A DNA stretch of 64,000 nucleotides from Pseudomonadota bacterium. Its GTDB lineage: Bacteria; Pseudomonadota; Gammaproteobacteria; Steroidobacterales; Steroidobacteraceae. The notes under the pieces were generated by a model. The model saw nothing but the letters and a program-made list of their open reading frames with translations. It did no database searches and was not told the origin of the DNA. This document shows positions 18,574 to 27,976 of this stretch, piece after piece. Location: contig JAJZDW010000023.1 in NCBI GenBank assembly GCA_021851405.1, positions 718 through 64,717 on the forward strand, written 5' to 3'. Position 1 is the stretch's first letter, and every line of letters starts with the position of its first letter. The position numbers and the translations under genes were made by a program.

Positions 18574-19954
18574 CGATCCGCTCTGCCGAGGGGCCTGTGA
18601 CGAGCGGATCGGCCGGCGCCGCCCGCGGCTCGATCCGGTGCCAGAGGGTGGCCAGCAGCACCGCGGCCGGCAGACACAGACTCGCCGTGTACAGGAAGAA
18701 ATGCGGATAGCCGATCCGCTCGGCGACGAAGCCCGAGGTGCCGTCCAGGATCTTTCCCGGCAGCGCATACAACGAGGCGAACAGCGCGTACTGGGTGGCG
18801 GTGTACTTCGCGCTGGTGAGGCTCGACATGTATGCGATCAGCGCCACGCCCTCGAGCGAGAGGGCCAGGTTGTCCGTGCCGTTGACCAGGCCGAGTCCGA
18901 GCAGCGTCGGGCCGTGCGTGCTGGCGAGCACGGCATAGCCGAGGTTCGAGAGTAACGAGACGGCGAGCCCCGCGGCGAGCGTGCGCGCCAGACCGATGCG
19001 TGCCACCAGCACTCCGCCGAGAAATACCCCCGCGATCCCCACGGTATATCCGCAGACCTTCCCGACCAGTGCGATCTGCTCGAGCGTGTAGTGATGATCG
19101 ATGTAGAACGGGTTGACCATCGCACCGATGGTGAACTCGGCGAGCTGGTAGGTTCCGATGAACGCCAGCGCCGTGATCGCGATGCGCAGGCCGAAGCGAC
19201 CGAAGAACTCCGTCAGCGGGCAGATCACCGCACCGATGAACCACTCACCGAGGTCGCGCAGCGTCTGCGGCCAATGCGCGCGCCGTTCGAGCCATTCAAC
19301 GACCTGGGCTTCGCGCTGCGCCTCGGCGCGAGAGATCGCGACGTCAGGCTCCTTCACCAGCAGCGTCGTGACGACACCGACACCCATCAGCGCGGCCATC
19401 GCGCCGTAGCTCAGGTGCCAGCCGTACCCGGCGGCGACGGCGATCGCGCCGGCGCCGCCGGCGATCATCGCGATGCGGTAGCCCACGGAGTAGGTGGCCA
19501 CCATGGCCCCCTGCAGCGCTTCAGGTACCGACTCGATGCGCCAGGCGTTCATCGCCACGTCCTGCGTGGCGGAGCAGAACGCCACAAACAGCGCTGCACC
19601 GGCCATGGACGCGACGCTGCGGGCCGGATCGCTCGCCGCGAGCCTCAGCAAACCGAGCGCGACGGTGATTTGGGCGAGCAGCATCCACGAGCGGCGCTGG
19701 CCGAGCAGCCCGTGCAGCAGCGGCAGGCGTACCCGGTCGACTACCGGTGACCAGAGGAACTCGAAGGTGTATGCGAAGCCGACCCAGGCGAACATGCCGA
19801 TGGTGGCGCGCTCGACCCCCGCCTGGCGCAGCCAGACGGTCAGCGTGGAGAACACCAGCAGGAACGGCAGTCCGCTCGAGAAGCCCAGAAACAGCATCGA
19901 CACCACGGCCGGTTGCCGGTAGACGGCGAGCGCGTGCCAGCTGCGGGCGAGCAT
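18557..19954 (-). CDS. ampG: AmpG-family muropeptide MFS permease
   Basis: It has the AmpG N-terminal pattern VYRQPAVVSMLFLGFSSGLPFLLVFSTLTVWL and a multi-TMS body. The start is taken as ATG 19954; the track start 20059 is also possible. Confidence 0.8.
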   Translation of the reverse strand: MLARSWHALAVYRQPAVVSMLFLGFSSGLPFLLVFSTLTVWLRQAGVERATIGMFAWVGFAYTFEFLWSPVVDRVRLPLLHGLLGQRRSWMLLAQITVALGLLRLAASDPARSVASMAGAALFVAFCSATQDVAMNAWRIESVPEALQGAMVATYSVGYRIAMIAGGAGAIAVAAGYGWHLSYGAMAALMGVGVVTTLLVKEPDVAISRAEAQREAQVVEWLERRAHWPQTLRDLGEWFIGAVICPLTEFFGRFGLRIAITALAFIGTYQLAEFTIGAMVNPFYIDHHYTLEQIALVGKVCGYTVGIAGVFLGGVLVARIGLARTLAAGLAVSLLSNLGYAVLASTHGPTLLGLGLVNGTDNLALSLEGVALIAYMSSLTSAKYTATQYALFASLYALPGKILDGTSGFVAERIGYPHFFLYTASLCLPAAVLLATLWHRIEPRAAPADPLVTGPSAERIDAGGG

Positions 19955-20070
19955 CCCGGGTGTGCGCGCCCCGTTCCGAGCCGCCTCGCTCACGCGCCTC
20001 GCCCCGCTGCGGCGCGCCGATCGATGATCCGGTTGACGTTGCGGCAGGGCATCGGACAATCATATGCGCT

Positions 20071-20724
20071 ATGCAAGACCATCAGCTTAAATTCATCGAA
20101 CTGGCGCTCGCACGCCGCGCGCTGCGCTTTGGGCAGTTCACCCTGAAATCGGGGCGCGAGAGTCCGTACTTCTTCAATGCCGGGCTGTTCAGCGACGGTG
20201 AGGCGATTGCCGTGCTGGGCCGCTGCTACGCCGCCGCCATCACCCGCTCCGAGCTCGCGTTCGACATGCTCTTCGGCCCCGCCTACAAGGGCATCGCGCT
20301 CGCGGCCAGTACGGCCGCGGCGCTATTCGATCATCACGGGCGCAACGTGCCCTATGCGTTCAACCGCAAGGAAGCCAAGAGTCATGGCGAGGGCGGCCAC
20401 CTGATCGGCGCACCCCTGGCCGGTCGGGTGCTGGTGATCGATGACGTGGTGACGGCGGGCACGGCGGTGCGCGAGTCGCTCGATCTGATCCGCGCCGCCG
20501 GGGCCGAGCCGGTCGGGTGCGTGTTCGCGCTCGATCGCCAAGAGCGCGGCCGCGGCGAACTCAGCGCCACTCAGGAGATCGAGCACGAACACGGGCTGCA
20601 GTGCCTCAGTGTCCTCACGCTCGCCGATCTCATCGAGGCGCTCTCGTCGCCGGGCGCGGCGGCGATCAGCGCCGAGCAGCTCGCCGCGCTGAAGGCCTAC
20701 CGGCAGCGCTACGGAGTGGCCTGA
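20071..20724 (+). CDS. pyrE: orotate phosphoribosyltransferase
   Basis: 217 aa from ATG 20071, with FGQFTLKSGRESPYFFN and the PRPP loop VLVIDDVVTAGTA. Confidence 0.9.
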   Translation: MQDHQLKFIELALARRALRFGQFTLKSGRESPYFFNAGLFSDGEAIAVLGRCYAAAITRSELAFDMLFGPAYKGIALAASTAAALFDHHGRNVPYAFNRKEAKSHGEGGHLIGAPLAGRVLVIDDVVTAGTAVRESLDLIRAAGAEPVGCVFALDRQERGRGELSATQEIEHEHGLQCLSVLTLADLIEALSSPGAAAISAEQLAALKAYRQRYGVA

Positions 20725-20732
20725 GCGGCCGG

Positions 20733-22481
20733 TCAGGGGTACAGCGGCGGCAGCGTGTCGCGCTCGGCTCGGCCGCCGGTGGGGCGCGCGGGCAGGTCGC
20801 GCAGCGCCTGCGCGAGCGCGAGGCCCGCCCAGCTGCCACCGCCGTAGCAGGCGCGTTCCAAATCCTGCAGCAAGGTTTGGGTGTGCGGCTCGAGGCCGGC
20901 GGCGAACAGCGGGTGGAGGCTGGTTGCCGGTACGTTCCACGCGCCACTCATCCAACCGAGCAGGTGGCGGCGTGCGGCCGGCGCGTCATTGCGGGCGCAG
21001 GCCGCATGAAACGCGGTCCGTTCTGCCGCGCTGTCAGGACGCGCCTCGCGCCGCGGGGCGGGCGGAGGGGCCGGGCGCTGGCGCGGGCGGCGGCGAGGAG
21101 ACCAGAACCAGGCGGCCAGGGTGGCAACCCACAGCAGCGCGAGCGCGCCCGCCAGCCATTGCCACGCGGAGACCCGCCTCGCGCCGGTGGTGGGCGGTTG
21201 GGGTGCGGCCGCCGGTGCGGGCGCCGTCGCCGGTGTCGGTGGGGCGCTCGGCGCGACAGCCGGCGGCGCCGGGCGCGACGCCGCGGAACCGGCCGCCGCC
21301 GGCGTGACGTTCAGGGTCTGCGCCGGCAGCGTCACGCGCTCCAGACGGTCGGTTCGAGTGTTCCACCAATGGACCGTCAGTGCGGGCAGGACGTAGTGCC
21401 CGGGACGGTCTGCGATGAACGCGATGGTCTGGGTGCGGCTGCCGAGGATGCCCGTGCCCGCCGGCACATTCTGCAGCTGCGCCTGATCGGGGTAACGGCT
21501 GACCCCGGCCGGCGTACGCAGGCGGTGTACGAGGTCCGGGAGCTGCGCGGCCGTGAGTCCGGTCGCCTTCAGATCCAGCTCGAGGGTGAGTGGATCGCCG
21601 GCCGGTACGCTGTCCGAGCGTGGGCTCCAGCGCGCGCTCAGCGTCACGGACTGTGCCGGCAGCCAATCCCGACCGCGCGCGCCCGAGGGCCGGGGTCGTA
21701 CCGACAGGACGATTGGATCGCCGTGCACCTCGATCGGATGCAGCGTTTGCATCAGGCCGCCGAAGAACCCGCCGAAGGCATTGCTCGACCACGGCGAGGT
21801 CCGCGCCTGCGTGGCCACCTCGGCCTTGAGCACCGGCCCGGCCAGGCTGATCCGCCCGCTGTGCAGTCCAAACAGCACGAACCGGCGCGTGATCACCCGG
21901 TACACCCGCCCGTTGCGCACGACGGTGCCGTACTGGTCGGCCCCGGTATGTTTGACGAGCACCGCGCGGTCGCCCGAGAACGCGAGGCTGGCGTGATAGA
22001 GCTGCTCATCGGTGTAGATCTGCACCGTGAGGTGAACTTGCGCTTGTACGTAGGGCGCGGCGGGCCGCGTGCGGCTGACGATGAATATCGGTGCGGCCGT
22101 GCCCGTGCCGGGGCGGCCCGTGCCGCTCACCGTCAGCCTCAGCGGTGCGCTGTGCTCACCGTCCCAGGTGAGCGGGGGGATCGTCAACGGGCCGGTGCGT
22201 TTCGGCGCCAGTGTCAGGATGACTTGGGAGCGCTCGGCGCTGCCGCCGGTCCCGAACTGCACGCTGGTGCTGGAACTGCTGGCGAGAATGTCGAAGTCAC
22301 GGCGCAGCGGTGCGAGCTGCGGCTCGCTCGTGGTGAGGCCATCGTAGGTCAGGGTGAGCTGAACCGTGGTGCCCGTGGCGATCCGGGTGTTGCTGAGCGC
22401 GGCGGTGACGGACGCGTACGCCTTCGGCAACGCCGAGCACAAGAGCGCCGTGAGCAGCACACCGACGAGGCGACGCGTCAT
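20733..22481 (-). CDS. batD: BatD family (oxygen-tolerance) protein
   Basis: 582 aa with a signal peptide, a BatD-like body, a Pro/Ala-rich linker and one C-terminal TM helix. It is the last gene of the Bat operon. Confidence 0.75.
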   Translation of the reverse strand: MTRRLVGVLLTALLCSALPKAYASVTAALSNTRIATGTTVQLTLTYDGLTTSEPQLAPLRRDFDILASSSSTSVQFGTGGSAERSQVILTLAPKRTGPLTIPPLTWDGEHSAPLRLTVSGTGRPGTGTAAPIFIVSRTRPAAPYVQAQVHLTVQIYTDEQLYHASLAFSGDRAVLVKHTGADQYGTVVRNGRVYRVITRRFVLFGLHSGRISLAGPVLKAEVATQARTSPWSSNAFGGFFGGLMQTLHPIEVHGDPIVLSVRPRPSGARGRDWLPAQSVTLSARWSPRSDSVPAGDPLTLELDLKATGLTAAQLPDLVHRLRTPAGVSRYPDQAQLQNVPAGTGILGSRTQTIAFIADRPGHYVLPALTVHWWNTRTDRLERVTLPAQTLNVTPAAAGSAASRPAPPAVAPSAPPTPATAPAPAAAPQPPTTGARRVSAWQWLAGALALLWVATLAAWFWSPRRRPRQRPAPPPAPRREARPDSAAERTAFHAACARNDAPAARRHLLGWMSGAWNVPATSLHPLFAAGLEPHTQTLLQDLERACYGGGSWAGLALAQALRDLPARPTGGRAERDTLPPLYP

Positions 22482-23428
22482 GGATTTGCTCCCGGATGGC
22501 GCAGCAGATATTCGATCAGGAATTTGCGCCGCAGCAGCCCGGCCGGGTCATTGGGGATCTGCCGCAGCCATTGTTTCAGCGCCAGCGTTTGCTCGCTCGG
22601 CGGCTTCGGCGGTGGCGCCGAGCGCGCGCCGTGCGCCAGCAGGGCGTGCGCGGCGCCGTGCGGGCCGTGACGTACGCGGCCGGCCGCCGCCGGGCCTGCG
22701 CTCTGGCGCTGCTGTGCGCGCGCCAGTGCCGCAGCGCGCTCGGCGTTGCGGCGCGTCTGCCCCGGGCTGTGTGGCGCCAGTCCCGTGGCGGAGGCCGGGT
22801 GGGCCGCAGCCGCCGCACGGGTGTGACCGCCGTGGGATGCGTTCGGGTGAGCCGTGCCGGGCTGCGCACCGCGGCCGTTCTGCGCAGTCGCGTGGCCCTG
22901 CGCCGCACCCTGCTGTCGGCGCGAGCGATTCGGGTGTTTTCCCTGCCCGGCGCGACCGCCCTGTGGGCCGCCGTTGCGCTGGCCCGAAGGCGACGGCGAA
23001 CCCGGCGGGTGCGGGGGCGTCGCGGACTGTTGTGGCGGCGGCTGCGCCAGGGCGCGCGCCACCAGGTTGCGATTGTGGCGGATGTCGCGCTCGTGCGGCC
23101 GCTGCTTCAGCGCCGCATCGTAGGCCGCGAGTGCGGCGTGCAGCCGCCCCAGGTGTGCCAGCGCATTGCCGAGGTTGTATTCACTGGTCGGATCTTTCAG
23201 CGGTTGCAGCAGTTGCGCCGCCGGTGCATAGCGGCCCGCGAGCAGGTCCGCGTACGCCTTGAGACGCCGGCTGGTGAAGTGCGCCGCCGCCTGTGCCGGG
23301 CGGCCGGCCGCGAGCAGCGCCTCGCCCTGCTGATCGGGCGTGTGCCACAGATTCGACCAGACGCCGGCGACTGCCGGCGCGCTCGCCAGGCACCCGAGCA
23401 CCATCAGCGCTGCACCCCGACGGTTCAC
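22478..23428 (-). CDS. batC: TPR-repeat protein, BatC-like
   Basis: GTG 23428 overlaps the batB stop (GTGA). It has a signal sequence, TPR motifs (YNLGNALAHLGRLHAALAAYDAALK), a ~150-aa low-complexity P/G/Q/A region and a conserved tail (WLRQIPNDPAGLLRRKF). Confidence 0.7.
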   Translation of the reverse strand: MNRRGAALMVLGCLASAPAVAGVWSNLWHTPDQQGEALLAAGRPAQAAAHFTSRRLKAYADLLAGRYAPAAQLLQPLKDPTSEYNLGNALAHLGRLHAALAAYDAALKQRPHERDIRHNRNLVARALAQPPPQQSATPPHPPGSPSPSGQRNGGPQGGRAGQGKHPNRSRRQQGAAQGHATAQNGRGAQPGTAHPNASHGGHTRAAAAAHPASATGLAPHSPGQTRRNAERAAALARAQQRQSAGPAAAGRVRHGPHGAAHALLAHGARSAPPPKPPSEQTLALKQWLRQIPNDPAGLLRRKFLIEYLLRHPGANP

Positions 23429-24417
23429 GTCCACCCCCGACGGGCGAGCAGCGCCCCGAGCAGCACGATCAGCGGCAACAGCCACACCCCGTCGTTGAGC
23501 CAGCTCGACACGTGTACTTGCGGTGCGGCATGGGCCCCGGGGATGGCGCGCAGGCCGTCGGCGTGCAGCGCGGCGATCAGCTGCGGCAGCTGATCGAGCC
23601 GGACGAATTCCCCGCCGCCGGCCTCGGCGATGCGCCGCAGCACGGCCGGATGCAGTCGACTGATCAGCACTTTGCCATCCGCGCCGCTGCGGAATCCGCC
23701 GGTGGCGCGCGGTGTCGGTGCACCGGTCGTGGTGCCGATACCGACCACGTTGACCCTGATGCCCTCGCGGCGCAGGCGTGCGGCGGCCTGGATCGCGCGG
23801 GCCGGGTCGTGCACCGAGTCCATCAGGACGATGACCTGTCGGTCGCTGCCCGCCCAGACGTGCAGCAGGCGTGCGGCGGCGATCAGCGCCGGGGCGAGCC
23901 GCGCTCCATGTTCGGGCATCAGCTGCGGCGAGAGCGCCCGGTCGAGATTGCGCACGGTCGCGTCGTCGGCGGTGAGCGGCGCAACGGTGTACGCCTCCCC
24001 GGCGAAGGCAATGAGTCCGACACGCGCATCGTGCGCGGCGGCGAGCAGGTTATCGACGGCGAAGCGGGCTTGCGCGGCCCGGCTCGGGGGCAGATCGGTC
24101 GCCTCCATGGACGGCGAGAGTTGTACGGCGAGCACCCAGGCCGCCGGCAGGCGGTACGCGGCGGTGACTTGCCGTTGCCAACTCGGGCCGGCGAGCGCCA
24201 CCACCCCGAGCGTCCACAGCGCGCCGATCAGCGGCCAGGGGGAGCGGGCGCGCGCGTCGCTGCCCTGCAGTCGCAGCAGCGCGAGCAGGTCCGCGTCCAC
24301 CAGCCGTGGCCAGGCGCCGGCGCGCGCGCGCCGGCGCGTCAGCCACAGCGCCAGCGCCCACATCGGCGGCAGCGCGGCGAGCGCCCAGGGATGCAGGAAA
24401 TGCAGCGCGTGCGGCAT
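23425..24417 (-). CDS. batB: VWA domain protein BatB
   Basis: 330 aa from ATG 24417 with N-terminal TM helices and a vWFA fold. The MIDAS position reads QLSPSM instead of DxSxS. Confidence 0.75.
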   Translation of the reverse strand: MPHALHFLHPWALAALPPMWALALWLTRRRARAGAWPRLVDADLLALLRLQGSDARARSPWPLIGALWTLGVVALAGPSWQRQVTAAYRLPAAWVLAVQLSPSMEATDLPPSRAAQARFAVDNLLAAAHDARVGLIAFAGEAYTVAPLTADDATVRNLDRALSPQLMPEHGARLAPALIAAARLLHVWAGSDRQVIVLMDSVHDPARAIQAAARLRREGIRVNVVGIGTTTGAPTPRATGGFRSGADGKVLISRLHPAVLRRIAEAGGGEFVRLDQLPQLIAALHADGLRAIPGAHAAPQVHVSSWLNDGVWLLPLIVLLGALLARRGWT

Positions 24418-24419
24418 GC

Positions 24420-25385
24420 TCAGGTCCGCTCCGTCATGCGCCAGGCGGCCGGAATGCTCAACAGCAGCGCGAGTGCGAGCGGCACGCCGAACCATTCGCT
24501 CGCCGGGCGCAGCCAGCGCCGATCGCCCGCGACCGGCTCGAGGCGGTCGATCTGACGGTACACGGCGCGCAACGCGCCCTGATCGGTGGCGCGGAAGTAG
24601 CGCCCGCCGCTGATGCGGGCAATTTTCTGCAGCAGCTTCTGATCCAGATCGGTGTTGCCGGTGACGCCGAAGAACGACTGGCGCACCGCGGCGCCGACCC
24701 CGATGGTGTCGATGCGCAGTCCGGTTTCGGCCGCGAGCCGGGCGGCCTCGAGCGGCGGCATCACGCCGGTGTTGTTGCCGCCGTCGGTGAGCAGGATCAG
24801 CAGCGGCTGACGGTGAGCGTGCGCGCCGCGATCATCCTGGCGCAGCGTCTTGATCGCCAGTCCGATGGCGTCGCCGATCGCGGTCTGCGGGCCGGCGATG
24901 CCGACCATGGCCTCGTCGAGAAAACGGTGCACGGTGCCCAGATCCGTGGTGAGCGGCGCCTGCAGGTAGGGGCGCGTTCCGAAGAGAATCAGTCCGACCT
25001 GATCGCCGTGCCGGCCGCTGACGAAGCGGCCGGCGACCTGCTGGACCACTTGCAGCCGGCTCTGCCGGCCCCCCATGTCCTCCGTGGCCATGGAGCCGGA
25101 GCAGTCGATCGCCAGAATGATCTGGCGACCCTCGGTGTGCACAGCAATGGGTGCGCCGAGCCATTGCGGACGCATCGCCGCGAGGACCAGCAGCAGCCAG
25201 ATGCTGCTCAGCAGCACCGCGTCGGCTCGCCCGATGCGTGGTGCCCCGGTGCCGGCCGCGGCAACGTCCGCGGCCATCGGCACGAACAGCGCCGCACCGG
25301 AGGGTTCGGCGGTGCGCAGTACGCGCCGCAGCACCCAGGGCAGGGGCGTGAGCAGTGCCATCCACGGCCAGGCAAAGTGAAACAT
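24420..25385 (-). CDS. batA: VWA domain protein BatA
   Basis: 321 aa from ATG 25385 (MFHFAWPWMALL...) with an intact MIDAS motif ILAIDCSGSM and a C-terminal TM helix. Confidence 0.8.
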   Translation of the reverse strand: MFHFAWPWMALLTPLPWVLRRVLRTAEPSGAALFVPMAADVAAAGTGAPRIGRADAVLLSSIWLLLVLAAMRPQWLGAPIAVHTEGRQIILAIDCSGSMATEDMGGRQSRLQVVQQVAGRFVSGRHGDQVGLILFGTRPYLQAPLTTDLGTVHRFLDEAMVGIAGPQTAIGDAIGLAIKTLRQDDRGAHAHRQPLLILLTDGGNNTGVMPPLEAARLAAETGLRIDTIGVGAAVRQSFFGVTGNTDLDQKLLQKIARISGGRYFRATDQGALRAVYRQIDRLEPVAGDRRWLRPASEWFGVPLALALLLSIPAAWRMTERT

Positions 25386-25861
25386 CAGCGTCGCCCGCTC
25401 GGGTGTTTGCGTCCGGCGCGGCGCACGAACGCATCGGCCCCGGCCAGCCACTCGGCGCGCTGATCGAGCGGGTGATCGCCGAAGGCGGCGCCGAGCAGTG
25501 CGCGGCCGGGCCGCCCGGCGAGCGCTGTGGCGCCTTCGCTGCCGAGAAACGCGAGCCAGGCTTCGCCGGTGAGCCGAGCCACACGATCGCGCCCAAACAC
25601 CGCCATGGCGTAGCGGCGCAGCAGACTCTCGATGGCGCGTGCCGTCGTCTGCGGGTCGGCAGCCGCGGCGCGGATGCGTCGCAGTTCCCGCAGCGTCCCG
25701 CGCCGACGCCGCAGGCGCGGGACGCGCCACCACACCAGTGCGCCGGCCGCGGCCACCACGGTGAGCGCGGCGAGGATCCACCAGCCAAGGGCCGGTGGCC
25801 ACACCGAGGGGGGCGGCGGCGCGCGGGCCGGCGCAAGGGCTGTCAGCCAGTTCGGGCTCAT
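25385..25861 (-). CDS. DUF4381 domain protein
   Basis: 158 aa from ATG 25861 with a single TM helix (GWWILAALTVVAAAGALVWW). Its position between DUF58 and batA is typical of DUF4381. Confidence 0.6.
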   Translation of the reverse strand: MSPNWLTALAPARAPPPPSVWPPALGWWILAALTVVAAAGALVWWRVPRLRRRRGTLRELRRIRAAAADPQTTARAIESLLRRYAMAVFGRDRVARLTGEAWLAFLGSEGATALAGRPGRALLGAAFGDHPLDQRAEWLAGADAFVRRAGRKHPSGRR

Positions 25862-26760
25862 GCTGCGGAGGGTCCGCCGAGACGGCTCTGCCGCAGCGCC
25901 GTCTCGGCCGGTTCCGAAGTGTCGAGCCGTACCACCGGAGCGGCCAGGCGCTGCGAGAGACGGGCGACGCCCTGCTCGCGCGCCTGCCAGGCGTCGCGCC
26001 ACGCGGTGCGCACCCGCTGCCCGTCGAGAATCGCGAGGCGGCCGGGCAGCCCGGCGCGGAACCGCCCTGGTGGCAGGCCCTGCGCCTCCAGAGGATCGGT
26101 GGCCCAGTAGAGCCGGATGTCATTGTGGCGCGTGAGTGGCAGCCAGAGTGCCTCCTCGCGCGCCGCCGGCGCGGCGAAGTCACTGAGGGCGAGGATCTGG
26201 CTGCCCGGTCGGATGAGCGGGACCGAGGCCCGCAGCGCCTCGGGCAGTGCCTGCGGCTCGGGCGCTGCCGGGGCGCGCGGCTGCGCCGCCAGCAGTGCCT
26301 CGAGCAGCGCAAGGACGCCGGCGAGTCGAGCCCGAGCCGGAAGAATGCGCGCCGGCGCGCCTCCGCTCGCCACGACGGCCCCGACCCGGTCGCCCTCGAG
26401 TGCGGCCGTCCAGGCGAGCAGGGCGGCGACGCGCACGATGAGCGCGGATTTCAGCTGGCGGCGGCTGCCGAAGAAGGTACCCGGTTGCAGGTCGACGAGC
26501 AGCCATACGGGCCGCTCGCGCTCCTCGTGAAACAGCTTCGTGTGCGGCCGCCCGCGTCGCGCCGTGACCCGCCAGTCGATGCTGCGCGGATCGTCTCCCG
26601 GGGTGTACAGCCGCACCTCCTGGAACTCCAGGCCGCGGCCGCGCTGCGCGCTCGAGTGCGCACCGAGCACGGCCGCGCGGGTCCGCCGCTGACGCTGCAG
26701 CGACAGACCGTGCGCGGCGCCACGCAGCGCGAGCAGTTCCTCGAGCGTCGGGAGACTCAT
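25858..26760 (-). CDS. DUF58 domain protein
   Basis: 300 aa from ATG 26760 with the signature GLEFQEVRLYTPGDDPRSIDWRVTAR. Confidence 0.8.
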   Translation of the reverse strand: MSLPTLEELLALRGAAHGLSLQRQRRTRAAVLGAHSSAQRGRGLEFQEVRLYTPGDDPRSIDWRVTARRGRPHTKLFHEERERPVWLLVDLQPGTFFGSRRQLKSALIVRVAALLAWTAALEGDRVGAVVASGGAPARILPARARLAGVLALLEALLAAQPRAPAAPEPQALPEALRASVPLIRPGSQILALSDFAAPAAREEALWLPLTRHNDIRLYWATDPLEAQGLPPGRFRAGLPGRLAILDGQRVRTAWRDAWQAREQGVARLSQRLAAPVVRLDTSEPAETALRQSRLGGPSAA

Positions 26761-26764
26761 GCGT

Positions 26765-27790
26765 TCAGGGTGCCGGCACCCGGCTGAGCAGTTCATGGAC
26801 GCAGCTCTCGGCGCTGACGCCCTGCGCCTGCGCCGTGTAGTCGACGAGCAGCCGGTGGCGCAGCGCGTCCGGGGCGATCGTCTGCACGTCCTCGGGACTG
26901 ACGAAATCACGGCCCTCGAGCCAGGCGAGCGCGCGTGCGCCGCGTTCGATGGCGATCGCCGCGCGTGGACTTGCGCCCCAACGCAGCCACTGACGCAGCT
27001 GCGCGCTGTAGGGTTCGGGGCGGCGCGTGGCGTCGACCAGAGCGGCGATGTACTCGGCGACCGGATCGGAGAGCGTCAGACCGAGAATCTCCCGCCGCGC
27101 GGTGAACACCATGGTCTGGCTCATCCGTTGCGTGGGCGGGGCAATCTCGCGCTGGCTGATCGCCTCGGCGCGCGCCAGCGCCATCACCTTCAGCGTCGTG
27201 GCGCGGTCGGGATAATCGACGCAGGTGTGCAGCATGAAGCGGTCGAGCTGCGCCTCGGGCAGAGGGTAAGTGCCCTCCTGTTCGATCGGGTTCTGCGTCG
27301 CCATCACCAGGAACAGCGGCGGCAGTGGATAGCTCGCCGCGCCGACGCTGATCTGCCGCTCGGCCATGGCCTCGAGCAGTGCCGCCTGCACCTTCGCCGG
27401 CGCTCGGTTGATTTCATCGGCAAGGATCAGATTGTGAAACAACGGTCCGCGCTGGAAGCGGAACGAGCCTTCTTCGGGCCGATAGATGTCCGAACCGGTC
27501 AGATCCGCCGGCAGCAGATCCGGCGTGAACTGGACTCGCTGGAAGTCCGCCTCCACCGCCTGGGCCAGCGCCTTGATGGCGCGGGTCTTCGCAAGCCCGG
27601 GCGGGCCCTCCACCAGCAGATGGCCGTCGCAGAGCAGGGCGATCAGCAGCCGCTCGACCAGCGCCTCCTGCCCGAGGATCTGGCTGCGCAGGTAGGTGCG
27701 CAGCCGAGCGAACGCGGCCTGCGCGGCGCCGCCGGGAGGGGCGGGGTGCGCGGCAGGGGCGGAAGGGGCGAGCGGGCCGGTGCCGGTCAT
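26765..27790 (-). CDS. moxR: MoxR-family AAA+ ATPase
   Basis: 341 aa from ATG 27790 with Walker A GPPGLAKT, Walker B LILADEINRA and the MoxR motif ATQNPIEQEGTYPLPEAQLDRF. Confidence 0.9.
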   Translation of the reverse strand: MTGTGPLAPSAPAAHPAPPGGAAQAAFARLRTYLRSQILGQEALVERLLIALLCDGHLLVEGPPGLAKTRAIKALAQAVEADFQRVQFTPDLLPADLTGSDIYRPEEGSFRFQRGPLFHNLILADEINRAPAKVQAALLEAMAERQISVGAASYPLPPLFLVMATQNPIEQEGTYPLPEAQLDRFMLHTCVDYPDRATTLKVMALARAEAISQREIAPPTQRMSQTMVFTARREILGLTLSDPVAEYIAALVDATRRPEPYSAQLRQWLRWGASPRAAIAIERGARALAWLEGRDFVSPEDVQTIAPDALRHRLLVDYTAQAQGVSAESCVHELLSRVPAP

Positions 27791-27976
27791 GGCGGAGGGT
27801 CTCCAGAGTGTTCCCGAGAGCGGGATTGACCCTGCAGCGCCGCTGGGGTTCCCGGACGACGCCACGATGCGGGGACCCCGGACCCGGCCAAAAAATGCCA
27901 GAGGACATATTACCGGCCAGCGAACCGACCCGCTCGGCCAAGCACAGGACTTCAGCGGCCGGATGACGCGTACCAT

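Noticed and set aside
20517-22670. 717-aa plus-strand ORF, and similar very long ORFs: 39119..41155, 33655..35235, 29252..30736, 31334..32710, 44797..46095, 49150..50361, 14842..15951, 13187..14494 and 55704..56624
   Set aside because: Each lies antisense to, or out of frame with, a gene that has clear family motifs (batD, rpoD, the RDD protein, RND, tsaD/folBK, cca, kmo, kynU, nrdJa). Their translations are Arg/Ala/Gly/Pro-rich with no motifs. These are the usual stop-poor shadow frames of high-GC DNA.
24420-26312. 630-aa ORF spanning batA and upstream sequence; likewise 10169..10561, 12533..13348, 38636..39004, 38324..38755, 43743..43841 and 58035..58412
   Set aside because: In each case the upstream part overlaps a better-supported neighbouring gene, or lacks coding character. 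The conserved protein begins at an internal start with good spacing to the upstream stop.
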